DNA of 64,000 bases from an uncultured Eubacteriales bacterium (GCA_934434925.1 CAKSAC010000002.1:91432-155431); one strand, 5' to 3'. Shown: positions 1 through 10,282, counted from the first letter of the stretch. Made by a program: numbers and translations. Notes: generated by a model not told the origin, from the letters alone.

Positions 1-28
1 GCCCTGAGCGCGACTTGGGGTCTTTTTT

Positions 29-150
29 TCGGCAACGACAACCGCAGGGGCAGAGCTTTGTGGGGCGACAACAACCGCAGGGGCAGAGCTTTGTGGGGCG
101 ACAACAACCGCAGGAGGCAGAGCTTTGTAGGGCGGCGGCAACCGCAGGGC
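29..150. repeat. tandem repeat, 33-bp unit x ~3.7
   Basis: GGGGCGACAACAACCGCAGGGGCAGAGCTTTGT repeats head-to-tail with one 1-nt indel. It lies about 40 nt downstream of the NYN gene stop (minus strand). Confidence 0.9.
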
Positions 151-190
151 GCTCCGGCGCGGTTTTCCGCGTGGGAAGCGGAAGCGGGTA

Positions 191-955
191 TCAGCTCCTG
201 TTGATCCTGATTTTGTCGATATTGTCGATTTTTTTAAGGCTGAAAACGGCTTTATCGCCGGCTTTCAGTTCTCTGAAAAATGGTATCGGTTTACTGCTTT
301 GCGCACCGTACAAACGCGGGTTAAAATCGTTTTCTTTCCGCCAGATTTCGTTCATAAAGGCGGAAAAATGCATCCAGCCGTCAATGTCCGCCCCATCCTG
401 AATAATCTTCATGGCGGTTTTCATGATTTTATCCTGTTTTTGTTTCCCGGCCGATTGCATTTTGCTCTTCACGTCGGCGACCTGCGCGGCCGCCTTGACC
501 TTGTTATTGGACTTGGAATTCAGCAATTCGTCAATCGGTATGAAAATGTCGCAGGCACGACGGAAGGAAGAAGGCGTTTTGTTCTCACCGGCACCGATCA
601 CGACAATATTATCGTTTCTGAACCGCATGGCAAGGTTCGTAAAATCGCTGTCGCTGGTAGCCAGGCAAAAGCAATCCACTTTTCCCTGATATAAAATATC
701 CATCGCATCGATAATCATTTTGGAATCGGTCGCATTTTTTCCGCTCGTGAACGCCACCTGCTGAATCTGCTCGATGGAATATTCAAGCAATGCAGACTTC
801 CAACCGTTCGCTTTCGGATTGGTGAAATCTCCGTACAGTCGGCGATATGTGACCTTCCCGTATTGGCTCAGCTCGTCCAAAACGATGGAGAAATAATCGC
901 TCGATACATTGTCGGAATCTATCAGCAACGCGATTGTTCTGTCTATAATTTCCAT
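191..955 (-). CDS. NYN-domain (LabA/DUF88-like) protein with C-terminal OST-HTH/LOTUS-like region
   Basis: 254-aa ORF. The N-terminal IALLIDSDNVS...CFCLATSDSDF pattern is typical of NYN/PIN-like nucleases. A GGAGG RBS lies just upstream of the ATG at 955. Confidence 0.7.
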   Translation of the reverse strand: MEIIDRTIALLIDSDNVSSDYFSIVLDELSQYGKVTYRRLYGDFTNPKANGWKSALLEYSIEQIQQVAFTSGKNATDSKMIIDAMDILYQGKVDCFCLATSDSDFTNLAMRFRNDNIVVIGAGENKTPSSFRRACDIFIPIDELLNSKSNNKVKAAAQVADVKSKMQSAGKQKQDKIMKTAMKIIQDGADIDGWMHFSAFMNEIWRKENDFNPRLYGAQSSKPIPFFRELKAGDKAVFSLKKIDNIDKIRINRS

Positions 956-1105
956 GTTTCCTCCTTTCTGCTTGTATTTTTCTTTTCTTATCGGGATGCG
1001 GGAGAGTTCCGGCCCTATGCTGGATCGCTGTCGGTCTTATCGGTTTTGCGACAGGCGTTTTGCAGGAAACATCGGCCGGCAAACATACGCAAAAGGTCAC
1101 ATCCG

Positions 1106-2773
1106 TCAGAAGAGTCCGGTAATCTTCCCGTCCGCATTCACATCGATATTTTCTGCGGCGGGGCGTTTCGGAAGACCGGGCATGGTCATGATATCTCCGG
1201 TCAGGACAACCAGAAAACCCGCGCCGGCCGAAACTTTCACGTTCTTGACGGTCACGGTGAAGCCGTCCGGTGCGCCGAGCTTTTGCGGATCGTCCGAAAA
1301 ACTGTATTGCGTTTTGGCAATACAGATTGGAAGCTCTCCGAAACCAAGCGCTTCCAGTGCGCGGATCTGCTTGGCGGCCGCGGGAAGAATATCAACGCCC
1401 GCGCCGCGATACACGCGCGTGACGATAGCCTCGATTTTTTCACGCACCGATGCCCCGCTATCATAGGCAAAGCGGAATCCTTCATGCTTTTCTTCACAAA
1501 GGCGTACCACTTCCCCCGCCAGTTCTTCTGCGCCGCGGCCGCCGTCTGCCCATACGGTGGAAAGGATAACGCGCACACCGAGAGAGCGGCAGGCTTCCTT
1601 CACGCAGGCAATCTCTGCCTCGGTATCAGCCGGGAAACGGTTGAGCGTCACCACGCAGGGCAAATGATAAACATCCCGGATGTTGGAAACATGACGGAGC
1701 AGATTCGGTATTCCGCATAGAAGCGCTTCCGTATCTTCACGGGCAAGATCAGTCTTGGCGACCCCGCCGTGCATTTTCAGTGCGCGCACGGTAGCAACAA
1801 TCACGACCGCGTCAGGCACAAGCCCCATCGCGCGGCATTTGATATCCAAAAACTTTTCGGCTCCCAGGTCCGCGCCGAAGCCGGCTTCCGTAACGGCGTA
1901 ATCCCCCATTTTGAGAGCCATGCGGGTAGCAATCACAGAGTTGCACCCGTGCGCAATATTTGCAAACGGGCCGCCGTGAACAAAAGCCGGCGTTCCTTCC
2001 AGCGTCTGCACGAGGTTGGGTTTCAACGCGTCACGTAAAAGGGCTGTCATCGCGCCGGCGGCCTTCAGATCGCCCGCCGTGACCGGCCGTTCATCATAAG
2101 TATACCCGATAATCATACGGGAGAGGCGTTCACGCAGATCGGTCAGGGAGGAGGACAGGCACAAAACCGCCATGACCTCGGAGGCCACGGTAATATCGAA
2201 CCCGTCTTCGCGCGGAGTGCCGTTCACGCGGCCGCCCAGCCCGTCCACCACATTGCGGAGTTGGCGATCGTTCATATCCACGCACCGTCGCCAGGTAATA
2301 CGGCGCGGGTCGATACCCAGAGCGTTCCCTTGCTGGATATGATTGTCCAGCATGGCGGCCAGCAGGTTGTTGGCCGCGCCGATGGCGTGAAAATCTCCGG
2401 TGAAGTGCAGATTGATTTCTTCCATCGGAATCACCTGTGCGTATCCGCCCCCGGCGGCGCCGCCCTTCACCCCGAAGACCGGCCCGAGAGAAGGTTCGCG
2501 CAAAGCCACGACCGCCTCTTTGCCGATGCGGCGCAACCCATCGCCGAGACCGATGGTGGTCGTGGTTTTTCCTTCCCCTGCGGGGGTGGGGGTAATGGCT
2601 GTCACAAGAATCAGTTTTCCGTCCTTCCGGTCGGTTTTACGCAGAAGGGAAAGATCGATCTTCGCTTTGTCGCGGCCGTAGGGTTCCAGGAACTCTTCCT
2701 CCACATGGGCGCGCGCGGCAATGACGGGGATTGGCTCCGGCGTAGCGTTTTGTGCAATTTCAATGTCTGTCAT
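1106..2773 (-). CDS. fhs: formate--tetrahydrofolate ligase
   Basis: 555-aa ORF with P-loop [15 protein letters not shown]. Length and layout are typical of formyl-THF synthetase. A GGAGA RBS precedes the ATG at 2773. Confidence 0.95.
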   Translation of the reverse strand: MTDIEIAQNATPEPIPVIAARAHVEEEFLEPYGRDKAKIDLSLLRKTDRKDGKLILVTAITPTPAGEGKTTTTIGLGDGLRRIGKEAVVALREPSLGPVFGVKGGAAGGGYAQVIPMEEINLHFTGDFHAIGAANNLLAAMLDNHIQQGNALGIDPRRITWRRCVDMNDRQLRNVVDGLGGRVNGTPREDGFDITVASEVMAVLCLSSSLTDLRERLSRMIIGYTYDERPVTAGDLKAAGAMTALLRDALKPNLVQTLEGTPAFVHGGPFANIAHGCNSVIATRMALKMGDYAVTEAGFGADLGAEKFLDIKCRAMGLVPDAVVIVATVRALKMHGGVAKTDLAREDTEALLCGIPNLLRHVSNIRDVYHLPCVVTLNRFPADTEAEIACVKEACRSLGVRVILSTVWADGGRGAEELAGEVVRLCEEKHEGFRFAYDSGASVREKIEAIVTRVYRGAGVDILPAAAKQIRALEALGFGELPICIAKTQYSFSDDPQKLGAPDGFTVTVKNVKVSAGAGFLVVLTGDIMTMPGLPKRPAAENIDVNADGKITGLF

Positions 2774-2804
2774 ACGTTTCTCCGATATGTAATGTTTTCT
2801 TTAC

Positions 2805-4238
2805 TTATTTATTTTTTTCTCTATCGTTTGCCAGCGAATCCGAAATAGAACGGATCGGGGAGGATTCGGCATGGCGTTCCGCCGCCGCCCGGGCGCGTTC
2901 ATCATGCGTCAGACTTCCCGCCCCGTTGACGCACCCGCCGACGCAGGCCATTCCTTCAATAAAATTCTGCGGCAGAACGCCGTGTGCGGCACGCATGAGC
3001 GCGGCGCGGCATTCGTCTATCCCGCTACAGGAAATCGGATTTGCGGCAAAGTCGCTCCCGGCCTCGCCGAGCGCCCGGCAAACAGCCGAAGCCACGCCGC
3101 CGCTTCGGGCAAAGATGCGCCCGTAGGAAGAGGCCTGTTCCAGTTTGGTATCGGGCAATTCTTCCACGGCGATCGAACGGCTGTCAATCAGTGCCTGCAA
3201 TTCCTCAAAGGTGATGACGCTGTCAAAAAGCCCCCGGTATTCTTCGCGCTGGAACTCGGCTTTTTTGGCGGTGCAAGGGCCGATAAAGACCACATGGGCG
3301 TTCGGATAGCGTTCCCGCACTGCGCGCGCCAGGGTTCCGGCCGGAGACAGGTTATGGGAAATGTGCTTTTTCAGCTCCGGGAAATTCTTTTCTACATACG
3401 CGACAAAGGCGGGGCAGCAGGATGAAGTCAAAAAGCCCTGTTCTTCCAGTTCACGCGCCTCTGCGGCGGCCACCATATCCGCGCCGAGCGCGACCTCTCT
3501 AATTTCGGTAAAGCCCAGCGCACGGATCGCGCTGAGAATCTGCCCGGGGCGCGCGTAGGTGAACTGGGAAGCGATTGACGGGGCTACCAAGGCAAAGAGC
3601 GGGTAATTTTTTCCGCCGTCGCTGTTGCGAATCAGATCGATTACGTCGAGAATATAAGAGCGGTCGGTAATCGCGCCGAACGGGCAGGTATAGACGCAGG
3701 CCCCGCAGGCGATACACTTATCGTAATCAATACAGGCTTCTTTCTCTTCGCCCATATGGATAGCGCCGACGCGACAGGCAGACTCGCAAGGGCGCTTATA
3801 ATTATGAATGGCATTGTAGGGGCAGATGCGGGCGCAGGCACCGCATTCCACGCAAAGAGTTTTGTCGATGACGGCTTTTTGGTCTTCCCCGATACGGATG
3901 GCACCTCGGCGGCAGACCTCCACGCACCGATGCGAAAGACACCCGCGGCAAGAAGGCGTGACTTCATATCCGCCGGCCGGGCAGTCTTCACACGCAATGT
4001 CAATGACCTGGATGACCTTCTTGTTGTACCGGTTCCCGCCGACTGCCAGCCGGACGCGCTCGGAGAGGATAGCGCGTTCTTTATGTATACAGCACCGCAT
4101 GGTCGGTTTTTTGCCCGGAATCAGCATTTTCGGAATTTCACTGACGTTTTCAAGCAGACTGTCTTCCCATGCAAGGCGGGCCACTTCCCGCAGAATGCTG
4201 TATTTTAACCGTTGTACTTTTGTATCGAATTTCTCCAT
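2805..4238 (-). CDS. monomeric [FeFe]-hydrogenase with N-terminal 4Fe-4S ferredoxin-type domains
   Basis: 477 aa. Two CxxCxxCxxxCP clusters (CVECGACARICP, CIACGACVYTCP) are followed by three H-cluster-like motifs: TSSCCPAF, GPCTAKKAE and MACVGGCVNG. Confidence 0.8.
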   Translation of the reverse strand: MEKFDTKVQRLKYSILREVARLAWEDSLLENVSEIPKMLIPGKKPTMRCCIHKERAILSERVRLAVGGNRYNKKVIQVIDIACEDCPAGGYEVTPSCRGCLSHRCVEVCRRGAIRIGEDQKAVIDKTLCVECGACARICPYNAIHNYKRPCESACRVGAIHMGEEKEACIDYDKCIACGACVYTCPFGAITDRSYILDVIDLIRNSDGGKNYPLFALVAPSIASQFTYARPGQILSAIRALGFTEIREVALGADMVAAAEARELEEQGFLTSSCCPAFVAYVEKNFPELKKHISHNLSPAGTLARAVRERYPNAHVVFIGPCTAKKAEFQREEYRGLFDSVITFEELQALIDSRSIAVEELPDTKLEQASSYGRIFARSGGVASAVCRALGEAGSDFAANPISCSGIDECRAALMRAAHGVLPQNFIEGMACVGGCVNGAGSLTHDERARAAAERHAESSPIRSISDSLANDREKNK

Positions 4239-4239
4239 T

Positions 4240-4989
4240 TTACACCTCGCCGACCGGATCTACATATTCCATCAGCATCTGCCGATGCCCGGCATTCACA
4301 CGGATCAGTTGCCCTGCCGCTACCAGCGGAAGCCACTGGCGGATATAGGACATGGCCGTGTTTGTCCGTTCCGAAAAGAGGGCCAGATAACGCTCCGCCA
4401 ATTCGTCTTCCCCCTGCATCCGAAAAGTGAGGTAGGTCTTGGCGGCATCCGCGGAGGCATTCCCCTGACTTGCGTGTGACCAGTCAAGCACATAGGGCTG
4501 TTTGCCGACGGAAAGAATGACGTTGGAGGGGTTGAAGTCTCCGTGGCACAGATGTGTGTGGTTCGGCATATCGGATACCCGCATGGAAAGATCGTACCGG
4601 GTGGAAGCGTCCAGGTCCGAGCTCATGATCTTGGTGATGAGTTTATCCCGGAATTTGGTCAGGAGCGGGCTTTTTTTGGAATGAATCTCCATTTGCACGG
4701 AAAGAAAAAGCTCAAGGTATTCCTGCCGTCTTTCGGGATATCGTCGCATCAGCGTTTCCAGCGTCTCCCCCTCTATAAAATCCATGACAATGGCCCACTG
4801 CCCGTCAATGAGCGTAACTTCCCGTATCTTCGGGATCAGAAGGCCTGTCTCTTCAACGCGCGCCTGATTCAGCGCTTCGTTCAGAATATTGGATTTGGAA
4901 TGCCCCGCGCCGAACAATTTAACCGTGCTGTCGCCAACGCGCAAGACCTTCTTGCCAGGGCGGGATACCAGTATCTCATCGTAGTGCAT
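4240..4989 (-). CDS. phosphotransferase-family kinase (APH / choline-kinase fold)
   Basis: 249 aa with catalytic-loop motif HGDFNPSNVIL and a downstream VLDWSHA. GAGGTGG RBS. The TAA stop is 1 nt from the hydrogenase ATG. Confidence 0.7.
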   Translation of the reverse strand: MHYDEILVSRPGKKVLRVGDSTVKLFGAGHSKSNILNEALNQARVEETGLLIPKIREVTLIDGQWAIVMDFIEGETLETLMRRYPERRQEYLELFLSVQMEIHSKKSPLLTKFRDKLITKIMSSDLDASTRYDLSMRVSDMPNHTHLCHGDFNPSNVILSVGKQPYVLDWSHASQGNASADAAKTYLTFRMQGEDELAERYLALFSERTNTAMSYIRQWLPLVAAGQLIRVNAGHRQMLMEYVDPVGEV

Positions 4990-5033
4990 AATACCACCTC
5001 AACATAAAGTTTCCTTTACAAAAACTAAAGGGT

Positions 5034-5975
5034 TCAGACGGCGTAAAGAATATGACGGTTCCGCAGGGCGGCCTCTTCAATCGAATCGTTGACCGAATAT
5101 GCGTGTTTTTCCAGGTCCGTACAGACGGCCTCGGTCAGCCCCTCGTTTTGCAGAGCCGCAATCAGCATGCCTGCCGTATCTTCTATAATTCCGCCCTTTT
5201 CACGCGCTGTGCGGCTGTCGTTCGGCGTGGTCAGAAGAAACGAAAAAATCTCCGCGAATTCCGCAAGGACGGAACAGGCGCGCAAAGCGCGATAGCTCCA
5301 TTTGTAATAGGGGCGGTATCGGCGGTTCAGCAAAAACACGGCCTCTGTCATATGATCGCAATACGCAAAGACCGCAAGCTGCGCCCCCTCTTCCTCTCCG
5401 TGCGCAAGACACCGCGCATAGTTATACTGCCCCGCCTGCGCGGCAAGCAACAGATGGCCGGCAAGTTTCTTGCGTCGGATATCCTCCGGATATTGTGCAT
5501 AGCGGGCGCGGAGCGAGGTCAGCACACCCGTTCCGTCATGGAAGAGTTTCCCGTTTGTGAATTCCGCAAGATAGTTCTCCGGCAGACGGATAAGCTCCTC
5601 CGCGGTCAGATTCCCGTCCGGAGTTCCGAGTCGTTCCAGGAGAAAATCGGGAAGCCGCAGGACCCCGTGCCGATTCCCGCCGACCGGGGCGACGCGTGAA
5701 CGCGGTACGCCGGCATATTCGCCCGGCAGTTTTGCATAGGCGCGTTCAAGCAGAAAAGCGGTGCGGCGGTCAATCCTCTCTTCCCCGGGAAGAAAGATCA
5801 TAAAACCGGGTTCAAAATCATGATCGCGCGAGATTTCATCGTCGTACCCATAGCACTCGGAGCCGCTTCCGAAAAGCCCGACCGCAATCTGCGGCCAGAG
5901 TTCCGGAACGATTTCGCGCAGCATCGGTTCCCCGTATTCACGGAAGAAGTTTTCACATAGTTCAAGCCCCTGCAT
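5034..5975 (-). CDS. nucleotidyltransferase-fold protein (DUF4037-like)
   Basis: 313 aa. The N-terminal GLFGSGSECYGYDDEISRDHDF resembles the Pol-beta-type NTase G[GS]...D.D motif. A GGAGG RBS lies inside the upstream TPR gene, with a 14-nt overlap. Confidence 0.55.
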   Translation of the reverse strand: MQGLELCENFFREYGEPMLREIVPELWPQIAVGLFGSGSECYGYDDEISRDHDFEPGFMIFLPGEERIDRRTAFLLERAYAKLPGEYAGVPRSRVAPVGGNRHGVLRLPDFLLERLGTPDGNLTAEELIRLPENYLAEFTNGKLFHDGTGVLTSLRARYAQYPEDIRRKKLAGHLLLAAQAGQYNYARCLAHGEEEGAQLAVFAYCDHMTEAVFLLNRRYRPYYKWSYRALRACSVLAEFAEIFSFLLTTPNDSRTAREKGGIIEDTAGMLIAALQNEGLTEAVCTDLEKHAYSVNDSIEEAALRNRHILYAV

Positions 5976-6792
5976 AAATCGCCTCCGCCCGCGCTTTCAA
6001 TTCCTCCGCATACGCGAAATGACCGTAATAACCGAAGACAGAGGCGCATTTTTCCGCCACAAAGGCATAGTAGCCGTTGCGCGGAAGCCCCGGCGTTTCC
6101 AAAAGTTTTTCGGCTTTTGCAAGATGCGCTTCGATCACGCTCTCGGCATCTTCCATCCCCAGTTCTTCTTCGGCGGCAGTAGCCATATTCAGATGGGTGA
6201 CGGCGCATTCCGGTTCCCGGCCCGGAATCTCCGACATGATTGAAAGCGCCCGCCGGTAAGCCTCCTCTGCTTCCCGGTACGCCGTAAGATCGACAAGCGC
6301 CAGCCCCATGTTGTTGTAAAGGCCGCCCAGCCGTTCGTCCCCCGCCGGAAGGTGAGCGCTGTAAAGGCTCTCCGCCTTCCGGTACAGAGGCAGGGCCGCT
6401 TGCGCGTCACCGAACGCTTTATAGACCGTGGCGGCATTGATATAGGTCGTTCCTGCGGTGACGCTGTCTTCCAGCGCGAGAGCGCTCAACAAAGCCAGGG
6501 CTTTTTCGGCATGAGCGCGCGCTTCCTCTTCTTTCCCCTGTTTGCGGAAATGCCCCATCAATTCATTGTGGAGAGAAAGACCGCCGCGCCCGTCGTGTCC
6601 GGCTTCCGCCTCCGCCAGCCAATAGAAAAGATGGCGTTCTGCGGCGGCGTAATCGTTTTTTCCCAGGTGTTCATCGAGCTTTTCCATGACGCGTGAAAGC
6701 GGAATAGCCGTAATCGGCTCCCCTTTTGTATAGAAATCTTTACAAAATGGGCATGCCGGTTCTTTGTAATCCTCGGGTAATAATTCTTTCAT
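5962..6792 (-). CDS. tetratricopeptide-repeat protein
   Basis: 276 aa. Repeated A/L/Y-rich helical-pair pattern (YNNMGLALVDLTAYREAEEAYRRAL, YINAATVYKAFGDAQAALPLYRKAE). N-terminal CPFC pair. Confidence 0.65.
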   Translation of the reverse strand: MKELLPEDYKEPACPFCKDFYTKGEPITAIPLSRVMEKLDEHLGKNDYAAAERHLFYWLAEAEAGHDGRGGLSLHNELMGHFRKQGKEEEARAHAEKALALLSALALEDSVTAGTTYINAATVYKAFGDAQAALPLYRKAESLYSAHLPAGDERLGGLYNNMGLALVDLTAYREAEEAYRRALSIMSEIPGREPECAVTHLNMATAAEEELGMEDAESVIEAHLAKAEKLLETPGLPRNGYYAFVAEKCASVFGYYGHFAYAEELKARAEAIYAGA

Positions 6793-6802
6793 ATTTCACC
6801 TT

Positions 6803-6834
6803 TTCAAAAAGAGCAGTCCGGGAACTGCTCTTTG
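6803..6834 (-). terminator. intrinsic terminator/attenuator-like hairpin between the activase and TPR genes
   Basis: On the minus strand: AAAGAGCAG, 8 nt, CTGCTCTTT, then TTG. The run of five Ts ends only about 10 nt before the TPR gene start, so its RBS follows immediately. Confidence 0.55.
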
Positions 6835-6845
6835 GAGTTCGGCTC

Positions 6846-6995
6846 GACCGCCGGTCTGACAAGTAAGAGATCGTCGGCATCAGCCGCCGGTCTGACAGGA
6901 AAGATGGGCGTTCTCCGACCGCCGGTCCGGCAGATAAGAGGTTGTCGGCATCAGCCGCCGATCTGACAGGTAAGATGGGTGTTGGCCTCGACCGC
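6846..6995. repeat. tandem repeat, ~36-bp units in two alternating variants (71-bp super-period)
   Basis: The units begin GACCGCCGGTCTGACAAG..., GCCGCCGGTCTGACAGG..., GACCGCCGGTCCGGCAGA... and GCCGCCGATCTGACAGG.... The last unit encodes the activase C-terminus plus its stop. Confidence 0.85.
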
Positions 6996-7751
6996 CGCGC
7001 GAAACCCTTCCATCAATGCGGGGGGCGGCGGCAGAATCCCGTCCAGAAGATACGGGCGGCCGAGGCGCGTGTACTTATCGCGTCCCAATCGGTGATAGGG
7101 CAAAAGATGAATCCGCTCAACGCCGGGCAACGTATCGGCAAACCGGGCAATCGCAAGAATCTCCTCCTCGGTCGCGTTGAAGGTGGGGATAACGGGAACC
7201 CGGATGGTAAGTTCGGTTTTCCCGCTCTCGGCAATCCGCCGGGCGTTGGAGAGAATCAGCTCATTCGGCTGGCTGGTGAACTCCCGATGTTTTTCGGAAT
7301 CCATATGCTTGATATCCATCAGGAAATAGTCCAGGCAGGGCAAAAAGCGTTCGACGGTTTCATAGGGGGCGCATCCGGTGCTTTCCATCGCCGTTGTCAA
7401 CCCATAATCCTTTGCGGCGGTCAAAAGTGCCACCGCGAAATCGGGCTGGCAGAGACTTTCTCCGCCGGAAAGCGTCAATCCCCCGCCACTGCGGCGATAA
7501 TAGGAAACGTCCTTAAGTACCTCGTCCATGACCTCGGAAACGGTTACATCCCGGCCATAGACCTTCGGCTTCCCATCTATTGTCACGGTCTGAATCTTGT
7601 ATTCCTGCGACTCCGGATTACAGCACCAGCGGCAACGGAGAACGCATCCTTTCAGAAATACAATGGTGCGGATCCCCGGCCCGTCATGGATCGAATAGCG
7701 CTGAATGTCGAAAATACGGCCGCGAACCGCGTAATGATCTGTCTCTGCCAT
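6951..7751 (-). CDS. glycyl-radical enzyme activating protein (radical SAM, PflA family)
   Basis: 266 aa with CVLRCRWCCNPES, i.e. a CX3CX2C cluster motif near the N-terminus. Its ATG shares 1 nt with the TGA of the upstream GRE. Confidence 0.9.
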   Translation of the reverse strand: MAETDHYAVRGRIFDIQRYSIHDGPGIRTIVFLKGCVLRCRWCCNPESQEYKIQTVTIDGKPKVYGRDVTVSEVMDEVLKDVSYYRRSGGGLTLSGGESLCQPDFAVALLTAAKDYGLTTAMESTGCAPYETVERFLPCLDYFLMDIKHMDSEKHREFTSQPNELILSNARRIAESGKTELTIRVPVIPTFNATEEEILAIARFADTLPGVERIHLLPYHRLGRDKYTRLGRPYLLDGILPPPPALMEGFRAAVEANTHLTCQIGG

Positions 7752-10282
7752 CAGTAATTCCCCGTCTGCTCTGTACGATTGATAATATCATCCTGTAATG
7801 AACGGGAAAGCGTTGTGAAAAGTGCGCTGTATCCCGCTACACGAACTACCAGAGCTTTATAGTTTTCGGGATGTTTTTGCGCGTCGAGCAACGTCTCGCG
7901 TGAAACAACGTTGAACTGCACATGCATTCCCTTATGATCAAAATAGGTGCGGATGAACGAGGCAAAATTGACAAGCCCCTGCTGTCCGGCCAAGGCGGAC
8001 GGATGGAACTTCATGTTATAAAGCGTTCCGTTCGAGGCGATGCCGTGGTCAAGTTTTGCTACGGAGTTGGCCGCCGCCGTCGGTCCTTTCAGATCGCGCC
8101 CGGAAACCGGAGAAACTCCGTCGGCCACCGGCGTATAAGCCAGACGGCCGTCCGGGGTGGCACCGGTCTGCTGTCCGAGCGGAACATTGGCGGAGACCGG
8201 GTACAGGCCGGCCTGATACCGCCCGCCGCGCGGGTTGCGGTACTGTTGCAGGGGGCGCGTATAGGTATAGGCGACTTCGCGCGCCAGGGTGTCGATCTCG
8301 TCCAGATCGTTTCCGAATTTCGGCAATGCGGCAATCTTATCGAGAAGTTTCTGATACCGGTCTGCGCGCGCTTTGTCGGTCGTTCCGGTCATACCCGCCT
8401 TGATGAAGGAAGCAATATCGCTTTCCGAAACCTTCCGTCCGGCGCGGCGCAGGTCTTCGGCACGTTGGAGCGCCACGGTATAGAGCATATCCTGCGGATA
8501 GGGTTTCCCGAAATTGTCGCGGAGCGCTTCGGCATATTCGCGGAGCGTGACGGATTTTTCTTCATAAACCAGCCGGCGGATGGCATAAAGCCCGTCCGCA
8601 TTGTTGGAAATACCGAACCCCTGCGGGCCTGTGAAATTGTAAACGGAACCGCCTTCCTGCACGGTCTTGCCGCTCCCGATACAATCTTCAATCATCGTGG
8701 AGAGAAACGGCAGAGGGCAGCGGGTTGCATGCGCATAGTCAATGGCGTTGTCGGCGTTGACCATCAGCTCAATGAAATAGGACTGCTGACGCTGATACGC
8801 CGCGAAGAATTTTTCAAAGGTGTCCAGTTCCTGAATTTCCCCGGTGCGGGGGCCGACCTGCACGCCGCGATCAACGCCGTTGGTAAAGACCAGTTCAAGC
8901 GGGCGGCACATATTGAAGAAGGCCGCGTCGTGCCATCCGTCAGTCTTTCCGGAACATTGCGGCTCCACGCACCCGATGATGTTGTACCGGCGGGCATCCT
9001 CAAGCGTAACGCCGCGTGACATCAGCGCAGGGATAATAACCTCGTCGTTATAATAAGCAGGAAGACCGATCCCCGTCCGCGTCAGTTCCGCCGCTTTCAG
9101 GAGCAGGGCGTCGGGAGTTCCGTTCCAGACACGGATGGAAAGCGAGGGCTGCGGAAGTTGCACATGCATGGATGCTTCCAGGCACATGAAGGAAAGGATG
9201 TTTGTCACATCCAGGCCGTTTTCGTCCTGCCCGCCAACAATCAGGTTCTGGAACATGCTGTAACCGGCGAAGCCCTTGGCCGAAGCCGCGTCACGGCATT
9301 TATTGAGGTCGTTGAGTTTGAGCCATACGCAGTCAACCAGTTCCTGCGCCTCTTCGACGGTGATCCGGCCGGCATCGGCATCGGCGCGGTAATAGGGGTA
9401 CATATACTGGTCAAACCGTCCGGGGCTGACCGAATGCCCGTTGGACTCAATCTGCAAAATCAGATGAACGAACCAGAATGACTGGCAGGCCTCATGAAAA
9501 CTGCGCGCACCGTCCGCCGGAACCCGACGGCAGTTGGCGGCGATACGCAAAAGTTCGGCACGGCGGCGGGTATCATGACAGGAAGCCGCCGTCTTTTCAG
9601 CCAGTTCGGCATAGCGGTTGGCAAAGCCGATGACGGCATCACAGGAAAGGAGCATGGCGCGGAGCAGGCAGGATTTGCCGCAGTAATCGGCATCCCCCTC
9701 ATGGCAGGCGGCCAGTTCGGCCTCCGCACGCCGGCGAATCCCGTTGAATCCCTCCCGCAAAATCCAGTCATAATGGACTGTGACGTGTCCGACGCCGTTA
9801 TACAGGTAATTTCCCGGCGTGAAAATATTATGTTCCATGGCCAGACGCGCCGCCGGCGACATATAAGAAAGGGCCAGTTCGCTTGTCGTCTTTCCCCGGA
9901 AATAGGCGTTTGCTTCACGAATGGCGGCTTTGGTGGGCGCGTCGATTTCAAAGGGGTCGGCTTCACGGGTCGCCAACGTTTCAAATTCCCCTTCAATCCA
10001 GTTGACGCTGAACTCGGGAAAAATCTGAGAGGCACGATGGTTCACCGTTGCCGAACCGACGACCAGTTCGTCGTCAAAAATCCGGAGCGGAAGATTTTCC
10101 AGAATGTGCGCGAAAGCCTTGGCCCGGCGCATGACAATCGGCTCCGCCTCGGTCGAACGATAGGATTCCGTCAAAAGTGTGGCGCGGGCAGATTCAATGC
10201 GCGGTCTGACCGAAAAGAGGTCTGTCTTCAGGCGAGACACACGTTCGCTCATCGGGGCGCGGTATTCCTTGATTTTTTCCAT
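7751..10282 (-). CDS. glycyl-radical enzyme, PFL2/glycerol-dehydratase-like class (substrate unknown)
   Basis: ORF 7751-10351 trimmed to ATG 10282, which has a GGGAGA RBS (843 aa). C-terminal glycyl-radical motif VVRVAGYSALF. Single catalytic Cys in IIGCVEPQ (Cys-x-Glu, not the Cys-Cys of PFL). Confidence 0.9.
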   Translation of the reverse strand: MEKIKEYRAPMSERVSRLKTDLFSVRPRIESARATLLTESYRSTEAEPIVMRRAKAFAHILENLPLRIFDDELVVGSATVNHRASQIFPEFSVNWIEGEFETLATREADPFEIDAPTKAAIREANAYFRGKTTSELALSYMSPAARLAMEHNIFTPGNYLYNGVGHVTVHYDWILREGFNGIRRRAEAELAACHEGDADYCGKSCLLRAMLLSCDAVIGFANRYAELAEKTAASCHDTRRRAELLRIAANCRRVPADGARSFHEACQSFWFVHLILQIESNGHSVSPGRFDQYMYPYYRADADAGRITVEEAQELVDCVWLKLNDLNKCRDAASAKGFAGYSMFQNLIVGGQDENGLDVTNILSFMCLEASMHVQLPQPSLSIRVWNGTPDALLLKAAELTRTGIGLPAYYNDEVIIPALMSRGVTLEDARRYNIIGCVEPQCSGKTDGWHDAAFFNMCRPLELVFTNGVDRGVQVGPRTGEIQELDTFEKFFAAYQRQQSYFIELMVNADNAIDYAHATRCPLPFLSTMIEDCIGSGKTVQEGGSVYNFTGPQGFGISNNADGLYAIRRLVYEEKSVTLREYAEALRDNFGKPYPQDMLYTVALQRAEDLRRAGRKVSESDIASFIKAGMTGTTDKARADRYQKLLDKIAALPKFGNDLDEIDTLAREVAYTYTRPLQQYRNPRGGRYQAGLYPVSANVPLGQQTGATPDGRLAYTPVADGVSPVSGRDLKGPTAAANSVAKLDHGIASNGTLYNMKFHPSALAGQQGLVNFASFIRTYFDHKGMHVQFNVVSRETLLDAQKHPENYKALVVRVAGYSALFTTLSRSLQDDIINRTEQTGNY

